Below are positions 10,307-20,168 of a stretch of 64,000 nt of DNA, piece by piece. Below the pieces are notes generated by a model. That model was not told the DNA's origin and searched no databases. It saw only the letters and a list, made by a program, of their open reading frames with translations. Position numbers and translations under genes: made by a program. Within the stretch, counting starts at the first letter, position 1. Every line of letters begins with the position of its first letter. The stretch is taken from the NCBI GenBank assembly GCA_947571115.1, contig CANOWW010000008.1, forward strand, positions 7,023 to 71,022, in the 5' to 3' direction. Source of the stretch: an uncultured Clostridium sp. GTDB taxonomy: Bacteria; Bacillota; Clostridia; TANB77; CAG-508.

Positions 10307-10365
10307 CTGAAATTGCAAAATAATTCAATATTATAAAAATTATTAGAGAAAAAGATTCTAGGCTG

Positions 10366-10626
10366 TTATTTAGAATCTTTTTCTATCACGATATTTTCAA
10401 TTTCAAATAAAGAATCATTAAAAAAATCACATAAAGTTATATTCATTCCTTCACAAATAAGGAAAAGTGTATCTATTTTTGGATATTTTGTTCTATCGTT
10501 AAAAAAATCAGTTATAAGAGAAGGATTAAGTCCTGCTTCACAAGCTAATTCATATTTTGATTTAATGTTTTTATCATACATTAAATTTTCAAGTCTTTGT
10601 TTAATCGCATCTTTTAGTAAAAGCAT
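10366..10626 (-). CDS. XRE-family HTH repressor
   Basis: YELACEAGLNPSLITDFF..PKIDTLFLICEGMNITLCDFF. Confidence 0.85.
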   Translation of the reverse strand: MLLLKDAIKQRLENLMYDKNIKSKYELACEAGLNPSLITDFFNDRTKYPKIDTLFLICEGMNITLCDFFNDSLFEIENIVIEKDSK

Positions 10627-10686
10627 ATTAAACCTCCAATTTTAAATAATTTTTTAAATTATAACAAATAAAAAATTTCTTCGATA

Positions 10687-10802
10687 TGTGAATTCACACA
10701 ATAAAATGAGATAATGTCGCTAATCGTCGAAAATAAAATCTCATTTTATATTGCAAAAGAAAAGTAAAAGTGGTAAAATAATATGCGTGAATTCACACAT
10801 AT
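10687..10802. promoter_or_regulatory. Divergent control region: two GTGAATTCAC operators and a sigma-A promoter
   Basis: Palindromes at 10687-10698 and 10781-10802; TTGCAA (10751), 17 nt, then TAAAAT (10774) with extended TG. Confidence 0.65.
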
Positions 10803-10908
10803 TTAGAAACAAAAAAATATAGTAGTTTCCATAAAAATAATGTATGGATGTTATACGTGTTTAATATTAAAAAGGTTTTATAATATTATTACCTAGAAAG
10901 AGGTTTGT

Positions 10909-11433
10909 ATGAGTTTAGATTTAGTAATGTTAGGAGAATTAAAGAGAAAGCCACAACATATTGGAGAAATGAAAAGAAATTTAAAAAATAAAAATATCCA
11001 CAAGGTAATTCGTTTTACTTTAGGAAGTATGTATATGAAAGTTAAAGAATTTGAGAAAAAAGAATATGTTGTTGGTGAAAAGAGAGAAGAGAAAGGAAAA
11101 GAAATTATTGTATATAGTATTACACCAAAAGGGATAAATTTTTTTGAAAAAGTACTTCATGGTAGATTTTTTCATTATGAAACTAATATTTATGTTGATG
11201 CAAATGAATTAATTGTAAATTTTGAATATATAAATAAAAAAGATCAGCTAAATTATTTAGATGAGATAAAAAATGAACTTGGAAAGAAGAAGGAAAAATT
11301 ATATCAAAATAAAAATTTTGTATCTTGTACAGATAAAATGATTTTTAGGCAACAAATAAAAGTAATAAGTGCTTTGGAAGAATGGATTGAAGATGAGAAA
11401 AATGAGATTTTAGCAGATAAAACTAACGGATAA
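10909..11433 (+). CDS. PadR-family winged-helix regulator
   Basis: GSMY..VKEFEKKEYV and VYSITPKG motifs. Confidence 0.7.
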   Translation: MSLDLVMLGELKRKPQHIGEMKRNLKNKNIHKVIRFTLGSMYMKVKEFEKKEYVVGEKREEKGKEIIVYSITPKGINFFEKVLHGRFFHYETNIYVDANELIVNFEYINKKDQLNYLDEIKNELGKKKEKLYQNKNFVSCTDKMIFRQQIKVISALEEWIEDEKNEILADKTNG

Positions 11434-11581
11434 AAAATCCTTTTTTATTTACCTTAAAAACAACCAGAAAGAATTATATAAATAATTGGTAGTTGATAAT
11501 AAATGTCCTTCTAAAATGAGATAATACTAACAAACATAAATATAAAAAATGTTAGTTTATTTTTGTTAGGAGGAATCTGTT

Positions 11582-11962
11582 GTGAGTAGGGTAAATAGGT
11601 ATGAATATACAGATTGGAAAGATTTTGGAGCAAGAATTAAAAATTATAGAGAAAAAGTGGGAATGACCAAAGAGAAATTTGCAGAAAACATAAATAGAAC
11701 AGAAAACTTTGTATCGGAGCTTGAAAAAGGAAGGAAAAGTTGTAGTGTGCATACTTTACACCAAATTTCTAAGGTTTTAAAGATTTCAACAGATGACTTA
11801 CTATATGGAGATATGTCAGAAATGAAGGAAGAATATAATAATAAAGAAGTTCTACTCGAAATAATAGATAGATGCAGTGATGAAGAACTTGCAGTAATAA
11901 GAGATTTAATAACAGCTGTTTATCCAAATTTAGAATATATTGTGAAACATAATGAGAAGTAG
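11582..11962 (+). CDS. XRE-family HTH regulator
   Basis: GARIKNYREKVGMTKEKFAENI..SELEKG..LHQISKVLKISTDDLL. Confidence 0.88.
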   Translation: MSRVNRYEYTDWKDFGARIKNYREKVGMTKEKFAENINRTENFVSELEKGRKSCSVHTLHQISKVLKISTDDLLYGDMSEMKEEYNNKEVLLEIIDRCSDEELAVIRDLITAVYPNLEYIVKHNEK

Positions 11963-12128
11963 AAATACTAGAATTTAGAAACGGATATAAAATAGTAGGT
12001 TTAGATTTATTAAATCCAAAGAAATAAAAATTTATGATGTGTATATTTTATTTTGATAAAATTTCGTGTAAAATACAAATGTATTCAAAATCTGTCGCTT
12101 TATATAGAAAATAACTATATGAGTGATA

Positions 12129-12310
12129 CCTGCATGAGCAGGGTAAAGCTGATTTATTTCAGCTATTGACTTTGCAATTTTGCAAAGGTAAAGTAAGTAG
12201 CACGTTATTTTTGTGACTTATCATAAAGTGCAATTATGAAAAAATGTGCTTAAAATTAAAAAACGAAGAAAACAAGTAAAATTTTAAAAGATTCTTACTT
12301 GTTATTTTTT
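12129..12310 (+). promoter_or_regulatory. Multi-hairpin leader ending in a terminator, upstream of the 18-kb operon
   Basis: Stems CCTGC/GCAGG, AGCTGA/TCAGCT, CTTTGCAA/TTGCAAAG, TCATAA/TTATGA and AACAAGTAA/TTACTTGTT plus T-run. Confidence 0.45.
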
Positions 12311-12393
12311 GTGCCAAAATTAAGAAAGGAGGGAAGATTAACTGTTTTTGAATACAAATAAAAATTAAATTTATAAAAAAGGAGTGAAGTATT

Positions 12394-12753
12394 TTGAAAA
12401 CATTTTGTTACGAATCAAACGGTGAATGGTATAGAGAATGTTATTTTGATATTGGTGAATATGAAAATGGAGAACGATATCTAGCCCTTAATGGCTATGC
12501 TAAGAATGAAAATCAAGTATCGCATATATCAGATGTAACAATTGAGGTATCAGAGAAATTAAAAAAAAATCAGGTAGCAATAGACAATGCAACAAATACG
12601 AATCTAATCAGTTTTTTATTAGATTTGGGCATTGTTAAAGGAATATCAAAAAGAGTTATAAGTAATTCAAAGAGTTTTCCAATAGTAGAGCTTGATTTGG
12701 AAAAATTGTATGAATATTCATGCAGATTGGAGGAATTAAGAGATGCCAGTTAG
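12394..12753 (+). CDS. Hypothetical protein, DUF4313-like
   Basis: RBS AAGGAG; VT....L..NQVAID...L..FL...GI.....FP pattern recalled from DUF4313. Confidence 0.5.
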   Translation: MKTFCYESNGEWYRECYFDIGEYENGERYLALNGYAKNENQVSHISDVTIEVSEKLKKNQVAIDNATNTNLISFLLDLGIVKGISKRVISNSKSFPIVELDLEKLYEYSCRLEELRDAS

Positions 12754-12967
12754 TAAATTTTTAGAGGCAACAGCAGAGGATATAATCTATGAATTTGAAA
12801 GTCTATTATGCAATAATGATGTAAAACTCAATAATTTAGATCCAGAGCAGAATGAGTTTGAAACAGAACAATCTTATATCAACCAGAAAGATTATGAAGA
12901 ATTAAAACAAAAAATAATAGAGCAGTTGAAAGACGTAGAAGATTATTGTCACAATGAAGCTGCGTAA
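12743..12967 (+). CDS. Small acidic hypothetical protein
   Basis: Overlapping start, GGAGG RBS. Confidence 0.6.
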   Translation: MPVSKFLEATAEDIIYEFESLLCNNDVKLNNLDPEQNEFETEQSYINQKDYEELKQKIIEQLKDVEDYCHNEAA

Positions 12968-12984
12968 ATTGAAAGGAGAAATGT

Positions 12985-14082
12985 ATGGAAATACGAGATT
13001 TAGTGAGAGAAAGAATAGTTGGAAATATTAAAATTGGAACAAAAAGTGAAAAGGGGTTACCTAAAAAATTGTCATGTTTTCATGTTGAAGAGGACAAAGC
13101 AACATCAAGGGATATGGTGGATATTTTTAAAAAATTATATCCTGAAAAAACAAGAAAATTGAAAATAAGATTTACATCTGAAAATCCATTTAATTTTAAA
13201 TATAAAAGATATGTTAATAATAAAGCTATATGTATTGGAAATGGAACAAAAGCAATAACAATTGGAAAGGATAATAACAATAAAAATACACAAATAGAAG
13301 TAGAATGTAGCAAGGAATGTGAACATATTCAAAGTGGAAAATGTAAATTAAGGGGAAGTTTAAAATTTGTGTTAGAAGGTATAGAAGCAGGAGGTGTATG
13401 GAATTTAACTACATCTGGAGGAATCTCATTATCCAATATTGCATCAGAAATTGTTAAATACAAAAAGGCAGGAATGAGTATTATAGGTGTTCCGTTCGAA
13501 CTTACACTTACAGAACAAGAAAGTCTTGCTTATGGCACGTATTATAGTATTGATTTACATGGACTTGACCAAAAACCACAATTGGTAGATAGCACAACTG
13601 CAAAACTGAATAAAGCAAATGTAGTTGAAACAAAAAAATTGCCAGAAGAAACACAGAAAGGTAATACTATCGCTCAAAAAACAATTAAAGAAAAGGATGT
13701 AAAGGAAAATGAACCCAAAGAAGAAAAATTGAGCAAAACCAATAAAGAGCAAAAGGAAAATATGAATAACAAACCAGAAACAAATACAAAGGAAGATTTT
13801 TCTAATTATTATGTCTTAAAATCTTATATGGAAACTATTATAAAGGGTAAAAAATTTGACCAATTTATATTTGAAAAAATGGATGGTCAAGAAGTGGAAT
13901 ATATTTTACATCCTAAAGCCAACAAAGAAATTAACAATTGTGATGTAGGCACATTAATTGAAGTGATAGAGGAAAAAATGGAAATGGAAAAAAATGTGCT
14001 TTGTTTGTATAATATAAAACAAAAGATTGAAAAAGCTGAAAATAATGAAGATAATAGTGAAGAATTGAAGGAAGCAGTTTAG
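12985..14082 (+). CDS. Phage Gp3-like/recombination directionality factor-like protein
   Basis: GNIKIG..GLPKKL..F N-terminus, Cys cluster, L.F.L....GGVW.LTT..S motif. Confidence 0.5.
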   Translation: MEIRDLVRERIVGNIKIGTKSEKGLPKKLSCFHVEEDKATSRDMVDIFKKLYPEKTRKLKIRFTSENPFNFKYKRYVNNKAICIGNGTKAITIGKDNNNKNTQIEVECSKECEHIQSGKCKLRGSLKFVLEGIEAGGVWNLTTSGGISLSNIASEIVKYKKAGMSIIGVPFELTLTEQESLAYGTYYSIDLHGLDQKPQLVDSTTAKLNKANVVETKKLPEETQKGNTIAQKTIKEKDVKENEPKEEKLSKTNKEQKENMNNKPETNTKEDFSNYYVLKSYMETIIKGKKFDQFIFEKMDGQEVEYILHPKANKEINNCDVGTLIEVIEEKMEMEKNVLCLYNIKQKIEKAENNEDNSEELKEAV

Positions 14083-14133
14083 TTGAAAAGTGAACTACTT
14101 CTTTTTTATGTTAGGAGAAAGGAAAAATAGAAG

Positions 14134-14301
14134 ATGATAAAATTGATAAAAAAATTCCTAATAATATTGCTACTTATAATAACACATTTCATGGTTTATA
14201 TTGCTAAAATTATAAATAATTTTATAAAAGAAAATAAAGACAATATAAAAAAATATTATAGAAGTTTTAGATGCGTTTTAAAAGAAGAACTTGAAAAGTA
14301 A
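14134..14301 (+). CDS. 55-aa membrane protein (not in ORF track)
   Basis: MIKLIKKFLIILLLIITHFMVYIAK..ELEK*, purine-rich RBS upstream. Confidence 0.5.
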   Translation: MIKLIKKFLIILLLIITHFMVYIAKIINNFIKENKDNIKKYYRSFRCVLKEELEK

Positions 14302-14311
14302 AGGAAAAAAT

Positions 14312-14878
14312 ATGAGAAATAAGTATAATTATGGAGAATTAGTTAAAGTAAGTGGTATAGGAAAGGAATACGGAAGAGTTGATAATCGATTAGGCTTTAT
14401 TATTAGAAAAGATGACTTTTTTGAAGATTATTATGTGGAGTTATTATTTGGAGGAAAAGATTGGTTTAATGAGGAAGCAATTGAAAGAATATTCCGAGAA
14501 AAAAGAAATAAAATCCATAAATATCGTGTAAGATTTTGTACGACCAAAGAAGGATATGAATTGATAAAGGCAAGATTGAAAGAAAAAGAGCCAATTAGCA
14601 ATAATAAATTCAAGAAAATAGATTATCAAAGGAAGTTTGAAAAAGATGGTAAAAGCTATATTATTATTGGTTGGAATTCAGTTTATTGGCCTGTAAGCAA
14701 TGTTAGTATTAGAATATTTGAAAATACAATCCAACAATTTAAAAATTTAGATTTACCATTTCAGTATGTTTTATTAAACGAAGATGAATTAGCAGACATA
14801 AAAATAATGCAAAATAAGGAAATTGACAATAATGTTGATGTTTTATTAATAGAACGAAAAATTAGAATAAAAATATAA
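14312..14878 (+). CDS. Hypothetical protein
   Basis: Long ORF in operon, AAAGGA RBS. Confidence 0.65.
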   Translation: MRNKYNYGELVKVSGIGKEYGRVDNRLGFIIRKDDFFEDYYVELLFGGKDWFNEEAIERIFREKRNKIHKYRVRFCTTKEGYELIKARLKEKEPISNNKFKKIDYQRKFEKDGKSYIIIGWNSVYWPVSNVSIRIFENTIQQFKNLDLPFQYVLLNEDELADIKIMQNKEIDNNVDVLLIERKIRIKI

Positions 14879-14898
14879 GATAAAGAAGGGAGAATACT

Positions 14899-15453
14899 AT
14901 GATAGCGAAAAAGATACTAAATGTAATGGCGAAAATTGGTCCAATCATAAAAGACAAAAGTAACGATGAAAAAGGTTTTGATTATGCTTCTATATCCAGT
15001 ATTATCATTAAAGCAAGAGAAGCTATGATTGATGAGAAAATTATTATTATACCAGTAGAGGCAAAAGAAATTTTGTCAAAAGGAAATGAAGTTATTATTA
15101 ATATGGTTTATAGACTTTATGATACAGAACCAAATGAAGATGGTAAATGTGATTTTATAGATATTAATGTTCCAGGGCAAGGAAAAGATAGTGAAGGATG
15201 GGCAGTGTATAAAGCCTTATCAGGAGCATATAAGTACACAATGACGCAATCATTTGCTATTCCTACGATAGATGATGCAGAAAAGGATAAATATACTTCT
15301 AATAATGAAGAACTAAATGAGAATGAAGATAATTGCAATGAAAACATAATAACGAATGGAGCGTTAAATGAAAGCAATGTTGAAACATTACTAGGAGAAC
15401 CAGATGTGAATGATTTTGACAATATATTCTCATTAGGAGATAAAGCTATATAG
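14899..15453 (+). CDS. ERF-family single-strand annealing protein
   Basis: FDYAS and G.G.D....AVYKALSGAYKY......F.IPT.DD ERF motif; acidic tail. Confidence 0.8.
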   Translation: MIAKKILNVMAKIGPIIKDKSNDEKGFDYASISSIIIKAREAMIDEKIIIIPVEAKEILSKGNEVIINMVYRLYDTEPNEDGKCDFIDINVPGQGKDSEGWAVYKALSGAYKYTMTQSFAIPTIDDAEKDKYTSNNEELNENEDNCNENIITNGALNESNVETLLGEPDVNDFDNIFSLGDKAI

Positions 15454-15467
15454 AAAGGAATGATAAT

Positions 15468-17135
15468 ATGGTTATAAAAAGCATAAATAATGTAGTGGGA
15501 TATAAAGGATTACCAGATGGTTTTAGCAGTGAATTTGACGAAAATAAAACTTACATAATAGGGGCAAATTTTCAAGGTAAAACAACAATTGGCAGTCTTT
15601 TTAATTGGTGTTTAACTGGTACAAGTTTGCTTGGAAAAGAAAAAGAACAAGTGGCTAATGATATAAAAAAAACTACTAATGTTATAGTTGATATTACATT
15701 TGTTGACAACTTTGGAATAGAACATAGACTCGTCAGAGAAAAAGGAAGAGAAATGCACTTAACATTAGATGGAAAAGAAATTGAACAAGGAAATTTAGCA
15801 CAGTTTTATAAGAATAAAGATATGTTTTTAATCGTACATAATCCATATTATTTTTGGACTTTAGAGCCAAAACAGCAGAAAGATTTGATTAGAAATATGT
15901 TGCCAACTATTGATTCTAAAGAGGCTTTTAATCTTTTGGATGGGTGTGATCAAGAAATTATTAAGAATCCAATTGAAAATTTGAGTGCATATACTGACAA
16001 AATCAATAAAAACATTACTGAATTGGAAAGAGAGTATAATAAAAATTTAGGAATAATAGAAACTTTAAAAACAATAGCATTGGGACAAGAAGGTAGTATT
16101 CTTGAATTTGATAAAGAACAAGAACTGATAGAGTTACAGAAGAAGTATAGTGATACGTCACAGGGATTTGATAATTTTAATTTGGAAATGTTGAAAAACA
16201 GTATTGCATCTATCAATAAAAGGTTACAAGAGATTTTAAAAGATGATTTGTTTAGAATCAATGAAGAGTACAAGAGAGAAAACAATAAATTGCAAGATAT
16301 TGATAAAGATGAAGCACTTTGTCCCTATTGTAGACAAAGTATGAAAGATAGTGAAGCAAAAGAAAATTTAAAAAAATTTTATCGTAAAGAGTTGAACAAT
16401 TTGCAAGGAAAGGCAGATGGATTAAGGCAAAGGGCAGAAGAACTTGTAAAAAAGAAAAAAGAAAAGCAAGTCATGTATGATAAATTAAATACTTCAGATA
16501 TGCAACAGCTGCAAAGTGAAAGAGAAGAAATCAAAGAAAGAATCGACATTTTGCAAAAGAGAAAAAATGAAGTTACCTATCATAATCAAGAAGTGGAAAT
16601 TAGAAGAAAGAATATAAAAGATGCTAAAGAAAAATTGGATATTTATGAGAAGAATCAAATAGAAATTGAACAGGAATTAAAATTAATAAAAGCTCAAAAG
16701 AAAGTTGCAAATAAACTAAAAATATTGGTAATAGAAGCACAAAAAGAAAAAATTAGAAAATACTTAAATAAGGTAGATATTGAATTTAGTAAGGTTTCAA
16801 AAACGACTGGAGAAATTACGGAATGTTGTAATATACAATATGAAGGAAGAGATTATAAGAAATTATCTAAATCCCAGCAAGCTAGGGCTTGTTTGGAAAT
16901 ATCAAATGTATTTAATAATATAACAGGAATTAACGCACCAATATTTTTTGATGATGGAGAAACAACAACAGATATACAAGATATACCAAATACGCAACTT
17001 ATTATTTCTTTAGTCATTAAGTATAACAAATTAGAAGTTTTATATGATTATGAAGAAGTTTTGGAAAGAAAAGAAAAATCGATACGAAAAGAAATTGAAG
17101 AAAAAAGCAGTTATGAAGTGCCATTAGCTGCCTAA
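15468..17135 (+). CDS. SMC/Rad50-like coiled-coil ATPase
   Basis: Walker A GANFQGKTT, CPYC zinc hook, LSKSQ signature, IFFDDGE Walker B. Confidence 0.85.
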   Translation: MVIKSINNVVGYKGLPDGFSSEFDENKTYIIGANFQGKTTIGSLFNWCLTGTSLLGKEKEQVANDIKKTTNVIVDITFVDNFGIEHRLVREKGREMHLTLDGKEIEQGNLAQFYKNKDMFLIVHNPYYFWTLEPKQQKDLIRNMLPTIDSKEAFNLLDGCDQEIIKNPIENLSAYTDKINKNITELEREYNKNLGIIETLKTIALGQEGSILEFDKEQELIELQKKYSDTSQGFDNFNLEMLKNSIASINKRLQEILKDDLFRINEEYKRENNKLQDIDKDEALCPYCRQSMKDSEAKENLKKFYRKELNNLQGKADGLRQRAEELVKKKKEKQVMYDKLNTSDMQQLQSEREEIKERIDILQKRKNEVTYHNQEVEIRRKNIKDAKEKLDIYEKNQIEIEQELKLIKAQKKVANKLKILVIEAQKEKIRKYLNKVDIEFSKVSKTTGEITECCNIQYEGRDYKKLSKSQQARACLEISNVFNNITGINAPIFFDDGETTTDIQDIPNTQLIISLVIKYNKLEVLYDYEEVLERKEKSIRKEIEEKSSYEVPLAA

Positions 17136-17190
17136 ATTTAAGCTATCTAATTATGAGATAGCTTTATTTTTATAATAGGAGGAATGAATT

Positions 17191-17481
17191 ATGAGAGAAT
17201 ATGAGAGTGTAATAATATTGAAACCAGATTTATCTGAACAAGAAGTTTCAAGTGTTATTTCAAAAATTGAAAATACAATTAAAAATTTTGGTAAAGTTAC
17301 CGTAAAAAATGATTTAGCAATAAAAAAGTTAGTTTGTGAAGTAAAAAACTACAAAGAAGGTCGTTATATTGTATTTGAATTTAAAATAAAGGAGAAATAT
17401 AGCACAGAAGCAATTTGTGAATTGGAAAGAGTGTATAGGATTGTTGATGAAATAATTAAATTCATTGTGGTAAAAAAGTAA
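17191..17481 (+). CDS. rpsF: Ribosomal protein bS6 homolog (divergent, element-borne)
   Basis: MREYESVIILKPDL..EGRY....F..ELERVYRI.DEIIKFIVVK matches bS6 pattern. Confidence 0.75.
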   Translation: MREYESVIILKPDLSEQEVSSVISKIENTIKNFGKVTVKNDLAIKKLVCEVKNYKEGRYIVFEFKIKEKYSTEAICELERVYRIVDEIIKFIVVKK

Positions 17482-17672
17482 TGGAAAATAAAGGAAGGTT
17501 TAATATGGAAAATGTAATTGAAATAAATATTGAGATAGATGTAAAAGATAAAATCATTTATATGGGAGAAGAATGTTCTTCAGGAGTGAAGGAGAAATAC
17601 GAAAGAACAGAAGACATAGGAAAATTTATACAAAATTACATAGAAATATATCATACAGAAATTAAAGACTAA
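17481..17672 (+). CDS. Small hypothetical protein
   Basis: Start overlaps the upstream stop; codon usage like neighbours. Confidence 0.5.
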   Translation: MENKGRFNMENVIEINIEIDVKDKIIYMGEECSSGVKEKYERTEDIGKFIQNYIEIYHTEIKD

Positions 17673-17736
17673 TATTATGACTGTTAAAATGGAGCAATAA
17701 GTCTGATGACTTAATAATAAAGAAAGGAATAGGTAA

Positions 17737-18018
17737 ATGAGAAAAAGAAGAAAATTTTTAGGATATTGTGAAAAATGCAAAAAAAGTCTATGAGAGGAAC
17801 ATGCACATTTTTATACAGATGGCAATAATGAAGCTATTACTAATAATTCACCATATCTTTGCAAATCTTGTTACGAAAATAAGTATCACGTAAAATTGAA
17901 AAATGATGTGCAAAGATTCAGAGAAAATTTAATAGATAAATTATACAATTTAAAAAAATATCATCATATAGAATCGGTTGATATTAACAAGGTGATAGAG
18001 TATATAAAAAATTTTTAA
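17737..18018 (+). pseudogene. Zinc-finger (CxxC..CxxC) protein gene with in-frame TGA at 17791
   Basis: MRKRRKFLGYCEKCKKSL*EEHAHFYTDG..YLCKSCYENK..IKNF*; one frame, RBS present. Confidence 0.55.
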
Positions 18019-18031
18019 GGAGGAATAAAAA

Positions 18032-18451
18032 ATGAATAAAGTATGTTTAATAGGAAGATTAACAGCAGATCCAGAAGTAAGATATACACAAACGAATAAC
18101 ACATTAGTAGCGTCTTTTAATTTAGCAGTTAATAGAAGATTTGCAAAGGAAAATGAAGAGAGACAAGCAGATTTTATAAAGATAGTTGCTTGGTCTAAAA
18201 CAGGAGAATTTTGTAGCAAATATTTTAAAAAAGGGCAACAAGTAGGAATTACTGGAAGAATTCAAACAAGGAACTATGAAGATGAAAATACTCAAAAACA
18301 TTACATAACAGAGATAATTGCTGAAGAGGTTTATTTTGCGGACAGCAAAAAAGAAGGAGAAAATGCTTTTAGTCAATATGGAAGTGCATTTGCGGATAAT
18401 AACGGAACAGAATTTGCAGTAACACAAGAGGATGACGACTTGCCATTTTGA
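18032..18451 (+). CDS. ssb: Single-stranded DNA-binding protein
   Basis: MNKVCLIGRLTADPE..LAVNR..ADFI..DDDLPF. Confidence 0.95.
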   Translation: MNKVCLIGRLTADPEVRYTQTNNTLVASFNLAVNRRFAKENEERQADFIKIVAWSKTGEFCSKYFKKGQQVGITGRIQTRNYEDENTQKHYITEIIAEEVYFADSKKEGENAFSQYGSAFADNNGTEFAVTQEDDDLPF

Positions 18452-18461
18452 AAGAAATTAG

Positions 18462-18665
18462 GTGATTATATTGAAAAGGGTAACGAAAAACAATTTATTG
18501 AAATTAGTAAATATGAAAAAACAGTATATGGAGAACCAAGAAACAAATTTACGAAGGGAAATTGATGATTTTACAGATAATGTTATAAACAAAGATAAAC
18601 GTTATTTTTCAAAATTGCAAAGTTATGATTTTGATGAAGAAATAATTAAATATTTAATAGTATAA
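18462..18665 (+). CDS. Small hypothetical protein
   Basis: ORF in operon orientation. Confidence 0.45.
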   Translation: MIILKRVTKNNLLKLVNMKKQYMENQETNLRREIDDFTDNVINKDKRYFSKLQSYDFDEEIIKYLIV

Positions 18666-18780
18666 AGGGTGGAAAATTTCCACTCTTTATATTGTTGATA
18701 AAACAGATAAGAGAGGCAAAATTACAGAATATTGAAATAGAAAAAAGAGGTGAATAGTTATAAAAAAAGGGAAATTAAAT

Positions 18781-18993
18781 GTGGAATTAAGAAAAATAAT
18801 AGATACAGGAAAGTCAAGCATCATAAAAAAGTATAATTTATCATTACATAATATAAAAACAATAATAGATATTTTAAATAAAAAATATGATACATTTCTA
18901 TCAAAGGAAGTTGCTGATTGTTTAAAGGCTTATGAGTATGAAATTGTAAGTTGGGGGATTGGTTATAAATTAGTAGAGAAAGGAAAGAACTGA
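18781..18993 (+). CDS. Small hypothetical protein
   Basis: ORF in operon orientation, coupled to next gene. Confidence 0.5.
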   Translation: MELRKIIDTGKSSIIKKYNLSLHNIKTIIDILNKKYDTFLSKEVADCLKAYEYEIVSWGIGYKLVEKGKN

Positions 18994-18994
18994 T

Positions 18995-19444
18995 ATGCAA
19001 ATATTTAAAGGTAATGACAAAATAAGTATATATGGAAATCTGAATATCAATAATCATAAGAATAAAATAAAAGAAAAAGTATATATTTCTGTTGAAAATC
19101 AAAAACTAGAAAGAATTGCTAAAGTAATATATGATTTCCTAGATAAGCAATATCAGAGGTTTAATTATAATTGGGATAGTATGAGTAAAACAACAAAAAC
19201 AGATAAAGTTGTTATAAATAATGATATCAATATAACAAAAGGCAATTTTAAGTTATATGGCTATATTGAAGATTGGAACAGTATTTTTACTGACAATGGC
19301 AAAAAATATAATTTTCATACAGAAGAAATTGCTATTGAAGAATTGATACAGACAATAGAAAGTATATATGATGACTATATTTGTGATTTTGATACAATTA
19401 AAGATGAACTTAAAATAATTGTAACAAAAATTGAAATATATTAG
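18995..19444 (+). CDS. Hypothetical protein
   Basis: RBS AAAGGA; 149-aa ORF. Confidence 0.6.
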   Translation: MQIFKGNDKISIYGNLNINNHKNKIKEKVYISVENQKLERIAKVIYDFLDKQYQRFNYNWDSMSKTTKTDKVVINNDINITKGNFKLYGYIEDWNSIFTDNGKKYNFHTEEIAIEELIQTIESIYDDYICDFDTIKDELKIIVTKIEIY

Positions 19445-19456
19445 GAGGAAAAGTGA

Positions 19457-20104
19457 ATGGATAATAAATACAATGTTTTTAAAAAATTATTGAATTTTAA
19501 TACCAATAAATATTCGCCAGAAAAGGTATTTAAAGATTTTATATCTTTATTTGCAATTGGACTAAGCAATAAAGTATATTTTAATGAGGAAAATAGTGAG
19601 CGATATAATAAAATATATGATAGTTATGATAAAAAGGATCAATATATTTTTTATGCACTATCTACAGAACTAACCAGATTATTTACGAATGAATCGAATC
19701 CTTATGATATACTTGGAGAGATATACCAAGAAATCACTAAAACGAGTTATTTGAAATTAGTTAAAAATACGTCATTACAAGAAGTTGGAAAAAAATTGCA
19801 GGGAGTGATGAACTTAAACAACAAAGCCAATAATGGCAAAATGGTAGAAGTAAATTGTGGAAGTGGAGCGATGATACTTGCGTATGCAAGTACATTAAGA
19901 TTATTTAAAATGGATTACAAAATCGATTTAGAGGTAACCGCAATTGATACAGAGCTTATAAATGTTTTTATGACGTATATTCAGTTATACTTTTTTCAAA
20001 TATCGGCAGTTGTAATATTGGTTGATGAAAGCACAAACAAGGAAGTTATGCGATTATATACACCAGAATATGAAAATATTGATGAGAAAGTGATAGCTGC
20101 ATAA
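19457..20104 (+). CDS. N6-DNA-methylase-like protein lacking a visible catalytic motif
   Basis: DILGEIYQE, EVNCGSGAMIL (motif I-like), AID....MTYIQL; no NPPY/F seen. Confidence 0.6.
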   Translation: MDNKYNVFKKLLNFNTNKYSPEKVFKDFISLFAIGLSNKVYFNEENSERYNKIYDSYDKKDQYIFYALSTELTRLFTNESNPYDILGEIYQEITKTSYLKLVKNTSLQEVGKKLQGVMNLNNKANNGKMVEVNCGSGAMILAYASTLRLFKMDYKIDLEVTAIDTELINVFMTYIQLYFFQISAVVILVDESTNKEVMRLYTPEYENIDEKVIAA

Positions 20105-20168
20105 TATCAAAAAATATAACAAAAAATTCTAAGGGGATTATTTAATCTCCTTAATTTTTATTGGAAAG

